Source: Planctomycetota bacterium
GTDB taxonomy: Bacteria; Planctomycetota; Planctomycetia; Planctomycetales; Planctomycetaceae
Assembly: GCA_027622115.1 (NCBI GenBank)
Contig: JAQBZS010000001.1
Location: 1-38,487, forward strand
Reading direction: 5' to 3'
DNA: 38,487 nt
Shown: positions 1 to 9,800 of the stretch, piece by piece
How positions within the stretch are numbered: position 1 is the stretch's first letter
Layout of the letters: each line of letters begins with the position of its first letter
Translations under genes and position numbers: made by a program
The notes under the pieces: model-generated
Told to the model about the DNA's origin: nothing
Databases searched by the model: none
Seen by the model: the letters and a program-made list of their open reading frames with translations, nothing else

Positions 1-58
1 CGCGGAGCTTGTTCCGGCCTACTTTTTTCGGAATTGATTCTTGCACGCGGGCCTACTC

Positions 59-700
59 TTAGGCCTCGATCAAGCCGACGCGAATTGCGAGTCGACACAG
101 GTGGACGCGGTTTACGCGGTTCTTCATGCCGAGCCGCTGGCGAATGCTGCGCAAGTGGTTTTCCACGGATTTCGGCGCGACCCCCAACAAGCGGGCGACG
201 TCCTTGATGTCATGTCCCGACGCAACACAGGCCAGGACTTCGCGTTGGCGAGGAGTTAGCGAAGCCAATAGCTTCCGTTCATGGCAGTCGCGATCCAATG
301 TCGGAGCACTCATCGCAGAATCGGCGGGGGCGTCCACGCAGCGGTAGTGCGAGTTCATGCGGCGGAACAACGATCGCACCACCGGTGGCGGTACACGCGG
401 AAGCAAGACTAGGTCCGAACGGTGTTCGGGTAGGAGGTCCAGGAAGCTCGTGGCCGAAAACATTCGACATCGCATGTCGTCAAGGCCGAAGCGGTGACTG
501 ACAGCCATGGGAACTCGGTCGAGGGCGGGCTCCGATGAAATCAAACCGATGTTCAATCCCATTTCATTCATCCTTGAAATGCACTGGTCTTGGAATGCCC
601 GCTTTGCCGATCTTCCGTCCCAATTAAGCAATCCACGCCGCGCGGCAAGTGTGTTCGCCGCCGACACGATGTTTTCCATCGGTATCGACTTATCGGTCAT
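59..700 (-). CDS. LuxR/GerE-family helix-turn-helix transcriptional regulator; the N-terminal ~140 aa are of unrecognised type
   Basis: 213-aa ORF. The C-terminal 'LTPRQREVLACVASGHDIKDVARLLGVAPKSVENHLRSIRQRLG' is a typical LuxR/GerE HTH. I saw no receiver-domain motifs in the N-terminal part. Confidence 0.8.
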   Translation of the reverse strand: MTDKSIPMENIVSAANTLAARRGLLNWDGRSAKRAFQDQCISRMNEMGLNIGLISSEPALDRVPMAVSHRFGLDDMRCRMFSATSFLDLLPEHRSDLVLLPRVPPPVVRSLFRRMNSHYRCVDAPADSAMSAPTLDRDCHERKLLASLTPRQREVLACVASGHDIKDVARLLGVAPKSVENHLRSIRQRLGMKNRVNRVHLCRLAIRVGLIEA

Positions 701-891
701 TCACGATCTTTCAGCCCACATTACTCGCCTAATCCGCAGACTTTGATTGACAGGAATAATTCGCATACGGGTAAGTGCATCTGCCGAAAAGGCATGCTCG
801 GCGGGGGACGGCTCGAAAACCATCGGCAAATTCAGCCGATCGTCCTTCAGAATCATCAAATCATCCGACGCAATTCGAACAGCGCACGACA

Positions 892-922
892 AAGCCCGAA
901 AGGCCAACGGCCCTCCGGGCTT
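892..922 (-). terminator. possible stem-loop terminator downstream of the DUF1501 gene
   Basis: AAGCCCG (892-898) pairs with CGGGCTT (916-922), with inner GGCC/GGCC pairing. It lies ~80 nt after the stop at 1002. Only a weak U-tract follows on the minus strand. Confidence 0.3.
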
Positions 923-1001
923 GTTTGATTCTTGGCGAATTGTCGCTGCGAGAATTATTCTCCACGCGCCATCACGCCAAGTATGAAAGCGAACTTGGAA
1001 C

Positions 1002-2306
1002 CTAGGCGAGTTCCGGAATCGGGTGACCGTCTTCGATCATGTAGACCGGTCGACCGCCCTGATTGATAAATTGCGTCTTCTGGTCGATTCCCAAGACATC
1101 AAAGACCGTGGCCATCAAGTCTTGCGGCTTGATCGTTTTGCTGGCCGGTCGATAGGCCTTGGCATCGGACTCACCAACCGTTTGGCCCATTTTCAGGCCG
1201 CCACCGGCCAGAGCCAATGTGCAGAGCGGACCCCAGTGGTCACGGCCGGCATTGCGATTGATCTTCGGCGTGCGACCGAATTCACCGGTTACCACCAGCA
1301 AGATGTTCTGGTCCAGGCCACGTTGATAAATGTCTTCGACAAATGCCGAGACAGCTTGGTCAACCACCGGCCCGCGACTGTTCATCGCCTTTTCGATCTG
1401 ACCGTGCATGTCCCACCCGCCATAGTTGAGCGTGACAAAGCCACAACCGGCTTCGCACAACCGACGCGCGGTCAACATCTGACTTCCCAGTCCGCTGCCG
1501 TATCGTGCAACAACTCGGGGATCTTCCTGCGATAAGTCGAATGCCTTAGGTGCCTGACCCAGCACCAGATTGAAGGCCTGCTTTTCGAATGCATCCAGGC
1601 CGTCCATCAAGCCGGAGGCATCGGAAGCCCGCTTGAAGCGATCGAAATCATTCAGCAAGGAACGACGATCACCAATGCGTTCGACTTCGGTTCGCAGCGT
1701 CATGTTCTGCTTGGCTTCGGCGTTCGAGCCAAACGGTGCAAAGGCTTTGCCGAGAAACGCCGGGCCATCACTGCTGATGCTGCCCAATCGCACATACGTC
1801 GGCATCCCGGTGACTTGATTGTTGGCACCGCGAATTCTTGAGGCAATCGAACCAATGGACGGGCGAGTCGGTAGGCCGCCGTTGTCGAGGTTGCGATTAC
1901 TGTAGCCCGTCATGACGTAGTGCGTGCCGCTGCCATGACCACTGTCGTTATGGGCAAACGATCGGACAAACGCCATCTTGTCGGCGACTTTCGCCATGCC
2001 TTGGAAATTGCCACCGAGCGACACGCCTGGGAGCACGGTCTTGGCTTCACCAGTGACGCTGCGGTATTCGACCGGAGCCGACATCTTGGGATCAAATGTC
2101 TCGACGTGTGTCGGTCCACCACTCAGCCACAGCCACACAACCGACGTATTCTTCGTGGGCAATCCACTTTTCGCAGCTTGTTCACGAGCCGCCAGCAAAC
2201 CGGGGAGCCCGAGCGATCCGACACCCAATCCGCCGATCTTCAGAAAGTCGCGGCGTGTTTTTCCATCGCAATCCCGAGCACGTCGTTGAGCTTTGAGCGT
2301 CAGCAT
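1002..2306 (-). CDS. DUF1501 domain-containing protein (sulfatase-like fold, Tat signal)
   Basis: ORF 1002..2444. I moved the start to the ATG at 2306 (GGAGA 6 nt upstream), so the protein begins just before the twin-arginine signal 'RRDFLKIGGLGVGSLGLPGLLAA'. DUF1501 hallmarks are present: 'VVWLWLSGGPTHVETFDPK', 'GGWDMHG', 'EFGRTPKINRNAGRDHW'. Confidence 0.85.
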   Translation of the reverse strand: MLTLKAQRRARDCDGKTRRDFLKIGGLGVGSLGLPGLLAAREQAAKSGLPTKNTSVVWLWLSGGPTHVETFDPKMSAPVEYRSVTGEAKTVLPGVSLGGNFQGMAKVADKMAFVRSFAHNDSGHGSGTHYVMTGYSNRNLDNGGLPTRPSIGSIASRIRGANNQVTGMPTYVRLGSISSDGPAFLGKAFAPFGSNAEAKQNMTLRTEVERIGDRRSLLNDFDRFKRASDASGLMDGLDAFEKQAFNLVLGQAPKAFDLSQEDPRVVARYGSGLGSQMLTARRLCEAGCGFVTLNYGGWDMHGQIEKAMNSRGPVVDQAVSAFVEDIYQRGLDQNILLVVTGEFGRTPKINRNAGRDHWGPLCTLALAGGGLKMGQTVGESDAKAYRPASKTIKPQDLMATVFDVLGIDQKTQFINQGGRPVYMIEDGHPIPELA

Positions 2307-2484
2307 GGTTGTTCTCCAGGAATGTCGGGCGGCGTAATTCGTTTGTTCCACCCGGCGAAACGAGATGCCACAAACCGTCAACGCGAAGAGGTCACGTCCT
2401 GTGTCCAGGGCGTTGAACCATCGAGTTACGGCACCTAAGTCCAATGACCGTCAGATTATGCGTCGATCCATCAGTCGTCAATGC

Positions 2485-2511
2485 AAAATATAAAAAACCG
2501 CTTATGCGATC
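2485..2511 (-). terminator. putative intrinsic terminator of the cyclase gene
   Basis: Minus-strand RNA forms AUCGC-AUAA-GCGGU (2497-2510), followed directly by UUUUUAUAUUUU (2485-2496). It begins 28 nt after the cyclase stop codon. The stem is short (5 bp including one G-U). Confidence 0.45.
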
Positions 2512-2538
2512 TGGTTTCTCGCAGTGGAGGGACCACTT

Positions 2539-4137
2539 TTAACGGCTACCCAGAACAAGATACGGCTGGAGCGGCAGTTCTTTCCCTTTCACTCGAACGG
2601 GATCCAGAGCCATGCACTCAATCGAATCCTGCACCATCTCGTACGTTTTGGGGCCAATCACGACTTGATGCGGCAAAGCGACCGACGATTCCAGTCGGCT
2701 GGCGACGTTGACCGTGTCGCCGATGACCGTGTAATCGCGGCGTTGAAGCGAACCAATGTCGCCTGCCACCGCCGGGCCGGAATTGACTCCGACTCGCATG
2801 CGAATCTTGTACGTTCCGAACAACTCAAAGTTGTACTTGTCCAGTGCCTCTTGCATCTGAAGTGCGGCGCGGACGGCGCGAATCGCATGGTCGGCCTGAG
2901 TCAGCGGCGCTCCGAAGATTGCCATGATTGCGTCGCCGATGAATTTGTCGACGGTGCCGCCCTCGTCGAAAATCGCCTGCGTCAGTCGTTCGAAGATGCC
3001 GTTCAAGAACGTGGCGACTTCCGTGGCGGTCATCTTTTCGGACATGGCGGTGAAGCCGGACAGGTCGGCGAACAGGATGCTGATCTCGCGCTCTTCCGGT
3101 TCAATCTTGCCCGATCCGGCAAAACTCAGGATGCGTTCCACCACCGCCGGCGAGCTATACCGCGACAAGCGTTCTCGGTCCCGTTCCTCCTTTTGAAGTC
3201 GCTCACGGAGCAAGATCTGCTCCAACCCCACGGCGGTGAACAATGCCATCGCCGCCAGGATTTCGAGTTCGCTTTCCGTAAAGCAAGAGTCCTCTTCCAG
3301 CGTGTCGAGATACAGCAATCCGGTGACGTTCCCGTTGCGATAGAGCGGCGCGCACATCGCTGAACGGACCTGCTGTTCCTGCAAACTGGCGGCGTGGGCG
3401 TAATTGTCTCGCCGAGCGTCTTTAACCAATACACAATTCTTGCCGTCGACGGCTTCTCCAGTCACCGTTTGACTCAGCCTGATTTCATCGCCGGGATAGA
3501 CCGATCGGGTGGATTTCAGGTCGATGCGTTTCGATGCTGCGTCGTAGAGACCAACGGCACCGCGTTCGCAGCGGAACGTGGAGAACAACAGTTCCAGAAT
3601 GCTGTCGAGCATTTCGTCCAGCCCTTGAGCGGTGAGCAGCATTTCGCCGGCTCGATTGAATGCCCGAATGAGCGACGATTGCCGGTCCACGGCGGATACC
3701 TGCGGCGTGTGGTCCGCCATGTCGTCAAGCTCGACGATTTCGTCGCTGACGATCATCGACTGAGCGTAGTCGTGAATGTTGATCGAATTCACGATGCTGA
3801 CATCGCCCGGCTGAGTCGACTCGATCGCCGTCACGTTTCCCGATTCGACCAGATGGACTCGCACGTCGAACGTGCCGAGTTTGACAACGTCGTTGTGAGT
3901 CAAACGCGCAGTCGTCACTCGCTGATCGTTGACCAGGGTGCCGTATCGGCTGTTCAAGTCCGTGATCGTCCAGCCGTCGGCGTCCGAGTGCAATTGGGAG
4001 TGACGTCCCGAAATGCCCATTCCGCCGGGGGAAACGACATCGCATTCCGGGGCGCGACCGATCACCACGATTCCCGATTCGAATTCGCGGGAACACGATC
4101 GACCATCGACGAAGTATGTCAACCGAATGACGGGCAT
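2539..4137 (-). CDS. FHA domain / GAF domain / class III adenylate-guanylate cyclase
   Basis: 532-aa ORF. The N-terminus has an FHA pattern ('VVIGRAPECDV...GISGRHSQL...WTITDLNSRYGTLVNDQRV'). The middle is a GAF-like region. The C-terminal class III cyclase core has both metal Asp motifs ('ILFADLSGFT', 'KFIGDAIMAIFGAP') and 'RVGVNSGPAVAGDIG...YTVIGDTVNVASRLES'. Confidence 0.9.
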   Translation of the reverse strand: MPVIRLTYFVDGRSCSREFESGIVVIGRAPECDVVSPGGMGISGRHSQLHSDADGWTITDLNSRYGTLVNDQRVTTARLTHNDVVKLGTFDVRVHLVESGNVTAIESTQPGDVSIVNSINIHDYAQSMIVSDEIVELDDMADHTPQVSAVDRQSSLIRAFNRAGEMLLTAQGLDEMLDSILELLFSTFRCERGAVGLYDAASKRIDLKSTRSVYPGDEIRLSQTVTGEAVDGKNCVLVKDARRDNYAHAASLQEQQVRSAMCAPLYRNGNVTGLLYLDTLEEDSCFTESELEILAAMALFTAVGLEQILLRERLQKEERDRERLSRYSSPAVVERILSFAGSGKIEPEEREISILFADLSGFTAMSEKMTATEVATFLNGIFERLTQAIFDEGGTVDKFIGDAIMAIFGAPLTQADHAIRAVRAALQMQEALDKYNFELFGTYKIRMRVGVNSGPAVAGDIGSLQRRDYTVIGDTVNVASRLESSVALPHQVVIGPKTYEMVQDSIECMALDPVRVKGKELPLQPYLVLGSR

Positions 4138-4201
4138 GGTTGGCGGCCCTTTGATTAGTGGTGAGATTGCGATGGATGGAATGAGGCCCTCTGCTGGAAG
4201 T

Positions 4202-4222
4202 CCGAGTTTTCAACACCCTACC
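4202..4222. repeat. copy A of the short dispersed repeat CCGAG(A)TTTTCAACACCCTACC
   Basis: The 16-mer TTTTCAACACCCTACC (4207-4222) is identical to 26954-26969. The preceding CCGAG is also shared. Confidence 0.7.
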
Positions 4223-4524
4223 CCGGACGAGCCGGAACCCAAAAGGGCGAACACGCCCCAACTCGGGCAATTGATCGGACTGATCTGCCCAATTTCTGAG
4301 GCACCTTGAAGCGACAAGTGCGCGGTTCCGGGACGCTGTTTATACAGTCCAATGGGCCAAAAGGTGATCAACGCCCCGGTCTGCCGGTCGTGGTGCCCAA
4401 CTCACCCGCCCCCGAAAACAGAACCGACTTATTTGAAATTCCCCCAAATCTGTTGACTCATTCTGGTCCAATCGGATACGTCCCAACCATCGGCGTTCGG
4501 AATCCTTTCTCCGTGAGTGAAACA

Positions 4525-5007
4525 ATGTTGAGAACCGCAACATCCCTGATAACCATCGCATGCGTGTTCGCGCATGCGTTGTTGGGATGTTGCATTCACC
4601 ACGCACATGCATGCGGATCGGATGAGCTTTGTTCGAACCAGTGCCGCGTGAGATTGGCTCAAAAGGTCGATTCTCACGAAGCGCGCGAGTCCGCTGAAGC
4701 GAATCATGGTTGCTGCGATGGGTCGCATGGCGCAGCACCGTTGTCGGCGTCGCCTGGAGGCCCTCAAGAAAGTGCCCCCGAGCCATCGCATGGCTGCTGC
4801 GACGAAGAGTCCTGCCAATGGACCAACATGCAGACTCAGGTCGAAGTGCCGTCCAGTTGCAGTTCGGTCGCCACGTTCAACCGCTGCGATCCGAGTTCCT
4901 TGCTCGTAACACGACAGCGTGATTGTCTTCGTCGATGGAGCATGGCTCTCGACAGGCTCTCCTCATCTCTGCGCGTGCATGCGCTCGATCAGGTCTGGCA
5001 GCTTTAG
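4525..5007 (+). CDS. Cys/His-rich small membrane protein (putative metal-binding accessory protein of the RND cluster)
   Basis: ORF 4306..5007, with the start moved to the ATG at 4525 so the protein opens with a hydrophobic helix 'SLITIACVFAHALLGCCIHHAHAC'. The motif 'HGCCD' occurs twice (nt 4705-4719 and 4789-4803). By hand count there are about 14 Cys and 9 His in 160 aa. I recognise no family. Confidence 0.55.
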   Translation: MLRTATSLITIACVFAHALLGCCIHHAHACGSDELCSNQCRVRLAQKVDSHEARESAEANHGCCDGSHGAAPLSASPGGPQESAPEPSHGCCDEESCQWTNMQTQVEVPSSCSSVATFNRCDPSSLLVTRQRDCLRRWSMALDRLSSSLRVHALDQVWQL

Positions 5008-5093
5008 GCGCCTCGGATCGGCAACGCGACGGCGGCTTAGCCTGGCGGCACCGGCATTGATCGCAGTTTCGCCCATTCTGCCCAATGACGTAC

Positions 5094-5148
5094 GTCCCAT
5101 TTGCCCCATAAGCCGCATCACTCATGGGACTTATGCGACGGATGGGAC
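5094..5148. promoter_or_regulatory. dyad-symmetric element upstream of the membrane-fusion-protein gene (candidate operator)
   Basis: GTCCCAT-N5-CCATAAG (5094-5112) is mirrored by CTTATGC-N5-ATGGGAC (5130-5148). An extra ATGGGAC sits at 5124-5130. The element lies 140-190 nt upstream of the ATG at 5286. Confidence 0.25.
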
Positions 5149-5285
5149 TGATGTTGATCCCCTCTGGAGCTTGGACGTCAGGTTTGTCGGTCAACCCGAG
5201 GGCTGACGCCGCTGACGCCGGGGCTAAATGCTGTCGCCGCTTCGCGGCTGAATCAGCGCACGAACACACTTCCACAGGTGACATC

Positions 5286-6764
5286 ATGAATCCACCCAAA
5301 CTACCTCCGAAGTTGATCGGTTGGATCATCGCCGTGGTGATTGCTGCCGGAGTCTTCTGGCAGTCCCGGTTATGGCTGCCGTCCGCCAAACAATGGCTCG
5401 CCAATCAGTTGGCGGAAGAACTTCTGGCATCGCAAAAAGACAAACCGTCCGACGCCGCCGCCGATCCGCACGCAGGTCACGACCATGCCGGACACGACGA
5501 CGGATCGTCGCTCGAGTTGTCGAAACAGGCGAGGCACAACATTGGCCTGACCAACGACATGATCCGTGAAATCGAATTGCAGGACTTCGTCCGAACGATC
5601 AGCGTGCCGGCGATCGTGGTTGAGCGGACCGGGCGAACGCGTCTCAAGGTCGTCGCGCCGATGACGGGCGTCGTAACCGCCGTGAATCTCATCAAAGGTG
5701 AATCGATCGAGCCTGGCCGGTTGTTGTTTCGGATCCGACTGACTCACGAGGAACTCGTTCAGGCTCAAACCGTGTTCCTGAAGACGCTGGGTGAATTGGA
5801 TGTCGAAGTCCGCGAGATCAAGCGTCTCAAGGGAATCACGAATCAAGGTGTGATCGCCGGCAAGGTGCTGCTGGAACGAGAATACAGCATGCAGAAGCTC
5901 GAAGCCGAGTTGAGCGCGTATCGCGAGGCGTTGCTGCTCCATGGACTTTCGGAGTCCCAAGTCAACACGATCGCCGAGCGTCGAAAATTACTCGGTGAGT
6001 TGGACGTTATGGCTCCCGGCATGCACACGGAAACCGGCGAGGTGCGTTTGCGCAAGAACGAGGTTGAACCCAACGCGTTGCGGCAGGCGGCGGCGGTTGC
6101 CGAGATACCGCTCGAACGCCGCGAGTTTGTGGTGCAGGATCTCAACGTGACGAAAGGCGAATACGTCCAGGCAGGCCAGACGCTGACGGTGTTGGCCGAC
6201 TTCGCCGAACTCTACATCGAAGGCCGCGCGTTCGAGCACGACACGGACCAACTCGCGACGGCAACGCGAGAAGGCTGGAGCGTGCAAGCGGTTTCGGAAA
6301 CCGGCACGCATCACAAGTCCATGGACGGGTTGAAGATTCTGTTCCTCAACAACGAAATCGAAGCGGAGTCACGCGCGCTGCACTTCTACGTCGGATTGAA
6401 GAACGAGATCGTCAACGAATCGGCGACCGCAGCTAAGCATCGCTTTGTGACCTGGCGCTATCGTCCCGGCCAGCGAATGCAGCTGCGCATTCCCGTGGAA
6501 CGGTGGCAGAACCGCATCGTGTTGCCGATCGATGCGGTGGCTCAGGAAGGTGCCGAGTTCTTCGTCTTTCAACAGAACGGCGACCACTTCGATCGTAAAC
6601 CGGTGCATGTCGAACACCGGGACCAGAAGTGGGCCGTGATTGCCAATGACGGCTCGCTGTTTCCGCGAGACGCCGTGGCGATGACCGGCGCGCATCTCAT
6701 GCAGGTCGCGCTGAAGAACAAAGCCGGCGGGGCACCCGATCCGCACGCGGGACACAACCACTGA
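5286..6764 (+). CDS. efflux RND transporter periplasmic adaptor (membrane fusion protein, CusB/CzcB-like) with His-rich termini
   Basis: ORF 5124..6764, with the start moved to the ATG at 5286 ('MNPPKLPPKLIGWIIAVVIAAGVFW', an N-terminal anchor). The protein has an HlyD/MFP-like barrel-sandwich and coiled-coil pattern. 'DPHAGHDHAGHDD' lies near the N-terminus and 'DPHAGHNH' at the extreme C-terminus. The gene sits directly upstream of the RND pump. Confidence 0.8.
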   Translation: MNPPKLPPKLIGWIIAVVIAAGVFWQSRLWLPSAKQWLANQLAEELLASQKDKPSDAAADPHAGHDHAGHDDGSSLELSKQARHNIGLTNDMIREIELQDFVRTISVPAIVVERTGRTRLKVVAPMTGVVTAVNLIKGESIEPGRLLFRIRLTHEELVQAQTVFLKTLGELDVEVREIKRLKGITNQGVIAGKVLLEREYSMQKLEAELSAYREALLLHGLSESQVNTIAERRKLLGELDVMAPGMHTETGEVRLRKNEVEPNALRQAAAVAEIPLERREFVVQDLNVTKGEYVQAGQTLTVLADFAELYIEGRAFEHDTDQLATATREGWSVQAVSETGTHHKSMDGLKILFLNNEIEAESRALHFYVGLKNEIVNESATAAKHRFVTWRYRPGQRMQLRIPVERWQNRIVLPIDAVAQEGAEFFVFQQNGDHFDRKPVHVEHRDQKWAVIANDGSLFPRDAVAMTGAHLMQVALKNKAGGAPDPHAGHNH

Positions 6765-6784
6765 CCGACCCCAGCGTCCAGAAG

Positions 6785-6813
6785 ATCGAAAATCAAAAAT
6801 CAAAAATCAAAAA
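6785..6813. repeat. A-rich heptamer tandem repeat (ATCRAAA x4) in the MFP-RND spacer
   Basis: ATC recurs with period 7 at 6785, 6792, 6799 and 6806 ('atcgaaaatcaaaaatcaaaaatcaaaaac'). The repeat ends 9 nt before the RND ATG at 6822. Confidence 0.6.
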
Positions 6814-6821
6814 CGTCTCCC

Positions 6822-9800
6822 ATGCTGAACGCCATTATTCGATTCGCACTCCGCCAACGCATGCTGATCCTGGTGTTTTCCCTGTTTCTGATGGGAGCCG
6901 GCGGGTGGCAGGCGATCCAGATGGATATCGACGTCTTCCCGAACCTGAACCGTCCTCGAGTGGTGGTCATGGTCGAAGCGCCGGGCATGGCACCGGAAGA
7001 AGTCGAGGCGCTCATTACGATTCCGATCGAAACGGCCATCAACGGCGCGAACGGCGTGGAAGCGGTCCGCAGTTCGGCCGGCGTCGGCATCTCGGTGACC
7101 TACGTGGAATTTGATTGGGGCACCGACATCTACAACGACCGGCAAATTGTGATGGAGCGCTTGCAACTCGTGCAGGACCGCATGCCGCCCGGCATCAAGC
7201 CGCAGCTCGCGCCGATTTCGTCGATCATGGGCCAGATCATCATGGTCGGCATGTGGAGCGAAGGCGGCAAAACGTCGCCGCTGGAAGTGCGGACGCTGGC
7301 GGATTGGGTCGTTCGACAACGGCTGCTCACGATTCCCGGTGTCTCGCAGGTGTTCACGATGGGTGGCGGGCGGATGCAGTTTCAAGTGCTCGTCGATCCC
7401 GATCGGCTGCTGGACTACGGCGTCACATTGCACGACGTCAAACTCGCGTGCCAAGAGAGCAACGAGAACGCCACCGGGGGATATCTCGACGATCAAGGAC
7501 CGAACGAATTCCTCGTGCGGGCTCTCGGTCGTATCCAGACCATCGACGACCTGAAGAAAGTCGTGGTCAAGATGCGTGAAGGACGTCCGGTACTGCTGAC
7601 GCAAGTCGCCGACGTTGTTCACGGGGCGCAGGTCAAGCGAGGTGACAGTTCGGCGTATGTCCGCAACGACGCGGGTGCATTCTCCGGCGGATCGTCGGTG
7701 ATCCTGACCATCAACAAACAGCCGAACGCGGATACTCGCGAAGTCACCGACGAGATCACCAAGGCGCTGGAAGAGTTGAAGCCGACCTTGCCGGACGACA
7801 TTCGGATCAAGCCGGGACTGTATTCGCAAAAAGCGTTCATCGATCGCGCCATCGAAAACGTTGTGGAAGCTCTACGCGACGGCGGCATCCTCGTGGTCGT
7901 CATCCTGTTTCTGTTCCTGATGAATTTCCGCACGACATTCATCACGCTCACGGCGATTCCGTTGTCGATCGCGATTACGGCGCTCGTGTTTGCCGCCTTT
8001 GGCTTATCGATCAACACCATGACGCTCGGCGGATTGGCGGTGGCCATCGGCGAACTGGTCGACGACGCCATTGTCGACGTGGAAAACATCTTCCGGCGTC
8101 TGCGCGAGAATCGCCACGCAGAGCATCCGAAGCACGCGCTGCTCGTCGTGTTTCAGGCGAGTTGTGAAATCCGCAACTCGATCGTCTTCGGGACCATGAT
8201 CGTCGTCTTGGTGTTCTTGCCGCTGTTCGCCCTGTCCGGCATGGAAGGCCGTCTGTTCGCGCCGCTGGGAGTGGCCTACATCGTGTCCATTCTCTCGTCG
8301 CTCGTTGTTTCGCTGACGCTGACGCCCGTGCTGTCTTACTGGCTGCTTTCCGGTCCGACGCTGATGAAGACCGAGAAAGACGGGCCTCTGTTGCGTTTCC
8401 TGAAATGGGCTTCCGGCGCGGTCATGTCGCTGAGCCTGCGAAATGCCAAGACCATGCTGATCCTCGGCTCGTGTGGTGTGGCGATTGCCTTCGCGGCGCT
8501 CGCCAGTCTGGAGCGAGACTTCCTGCCGCCGTTCAACGAGGGTGTGGCGCAGCTCAATGTCGTGTTGCCGCCGGGGACGTCGCTGAAGAAGTCGAACGAC
8601 ATTGGCGAAACCGTGATCAAGCGGCTCATGGCTGTTGAAGGGGTCGAGGCGGTCTCCAGACGTACCGGTCGAGCCGAACTCGACGAACACGCTGAAGGCG
8701 TCAACATCACCGAGTTGATCATCAACTTCGACCCGAGTTCCGGCCGCACCCGTGACGAGGTCCTCGACGAAATCCGACACGCGATGGAAGACATTCCCGG
8801 GATCGTCACGACGGTCGAACAGCCGATCTCGCATTTGATCTCGCACATGATCTCCGGCGTGAAAGCTCAAGTCGGCATCAAGATCTACGGCGACGACCTC
8901 AACCTTCTGCGACGCAAAGCACAGGAGATGGCGGCGAAAATGCGAGCCATCGACGGCGTCACCGACTTACTGGTCGAACCGCAGGTCGAGATCCCGCAAC
9001 TCCGCATCCAGCTCGATCGAGACAAGCTCGTTTTGTACGGACTCACTCCGGCCTACGTGAATGAGTACATCTCGACCGCGATGAACGGCGTGGTGGTCAG
9101 CGAAGTTCTCCTCGGACAACGCACGTTCGATCTGCTGATTCGGATGCGTGAAGAATACCGCGAAGACATGCAGGCGTTGGAACGACTGTCGATCGATCTA
9201 CCCCACGGCGGCACGACGCCTTTGTCGTCCGTCGCGAAGATCTACAAGTCGAGCGGGCCGAACACGATCAACCGCGAACTGGTTCGGCGTCGCATCGTGA
9301 TCCAGTGCAACGTCACCGGTCGCGGATTGGTGGACGTCGTCACCGAAATGCAGGCGGCGCAAGAGTCGGTCGTCGAATCATTGCCGCCGGGTTACTTCGT
9401 GAAATACGAAGGCCAGTTTCAAAGCGAGAAGTCCGCGAGCCGTATCCTTGGCATCTTGTTCGGTGTGTCGTTGCTCGGCGTGCTGATGGTGCTGTACACG
9501 ATGTTTCGGTCCATCAATTTCTCGATACAGGTGATGGCCGCGTTGCCGATGGCCTTCATCGGCTCCGTGACCGCGTTGGTGATCACCAATCAGACACTCA
9601 CCGTCGCGGCGATGGTCGGATTCATTTCGCTGGGCGGCATCGCCTCCCGCAACGGCATCCTGCTGCTGAACCATTACCTGCACCTCGTCCGCTACGAAGG
9701 CGAAACATGGTCGCGGGACATGATTATCCGCGCCGGCAAAGAGCGACTGGCACCCGTGCTGATGACCGCGTTGACCTCCGGAATTGGACTCGTCCCGTTG

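Noticed and set aside
2524-4158. Long ORFs antisense to real genes. Examples: 2524..3363 and 3394..4158 opposite the cyclase; 6807..7829 and 8004..8870 opposite the RND pump; 21937..23061 opposite the FG-GAP gene; 25827..26669 opposite the transposase; 27830..28438 opposite the kinase; 34245..35186 opposite DUF1501; 36687..37673 opposite the NPCBM gene.
   Set aside because: Their products are Arg/His/Asp-rich low-complexity strings with no recognisable motifs. They exactly shadow strongly supported genes. Long open antisense frames are expected in GC-rich DNA.
5124-5285. N-terminal extensions given by the ORF track: 5124..5285 for the MFP, 2307..2444 and 33546..34136 for the DUF1501 genes, 33728..34111 for the M41 peptidase, 4306..4524 for the Cys/His protein, 21618..21767 for the sigma factor, and 15735..15773 for the DUF1592-type protein.
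   Set aside because: The extensions have no protein-like character. They precede clear signal or Tat peptides or the domain start, and internal ATGs with better RBS context are available. The true starts remain unverified.
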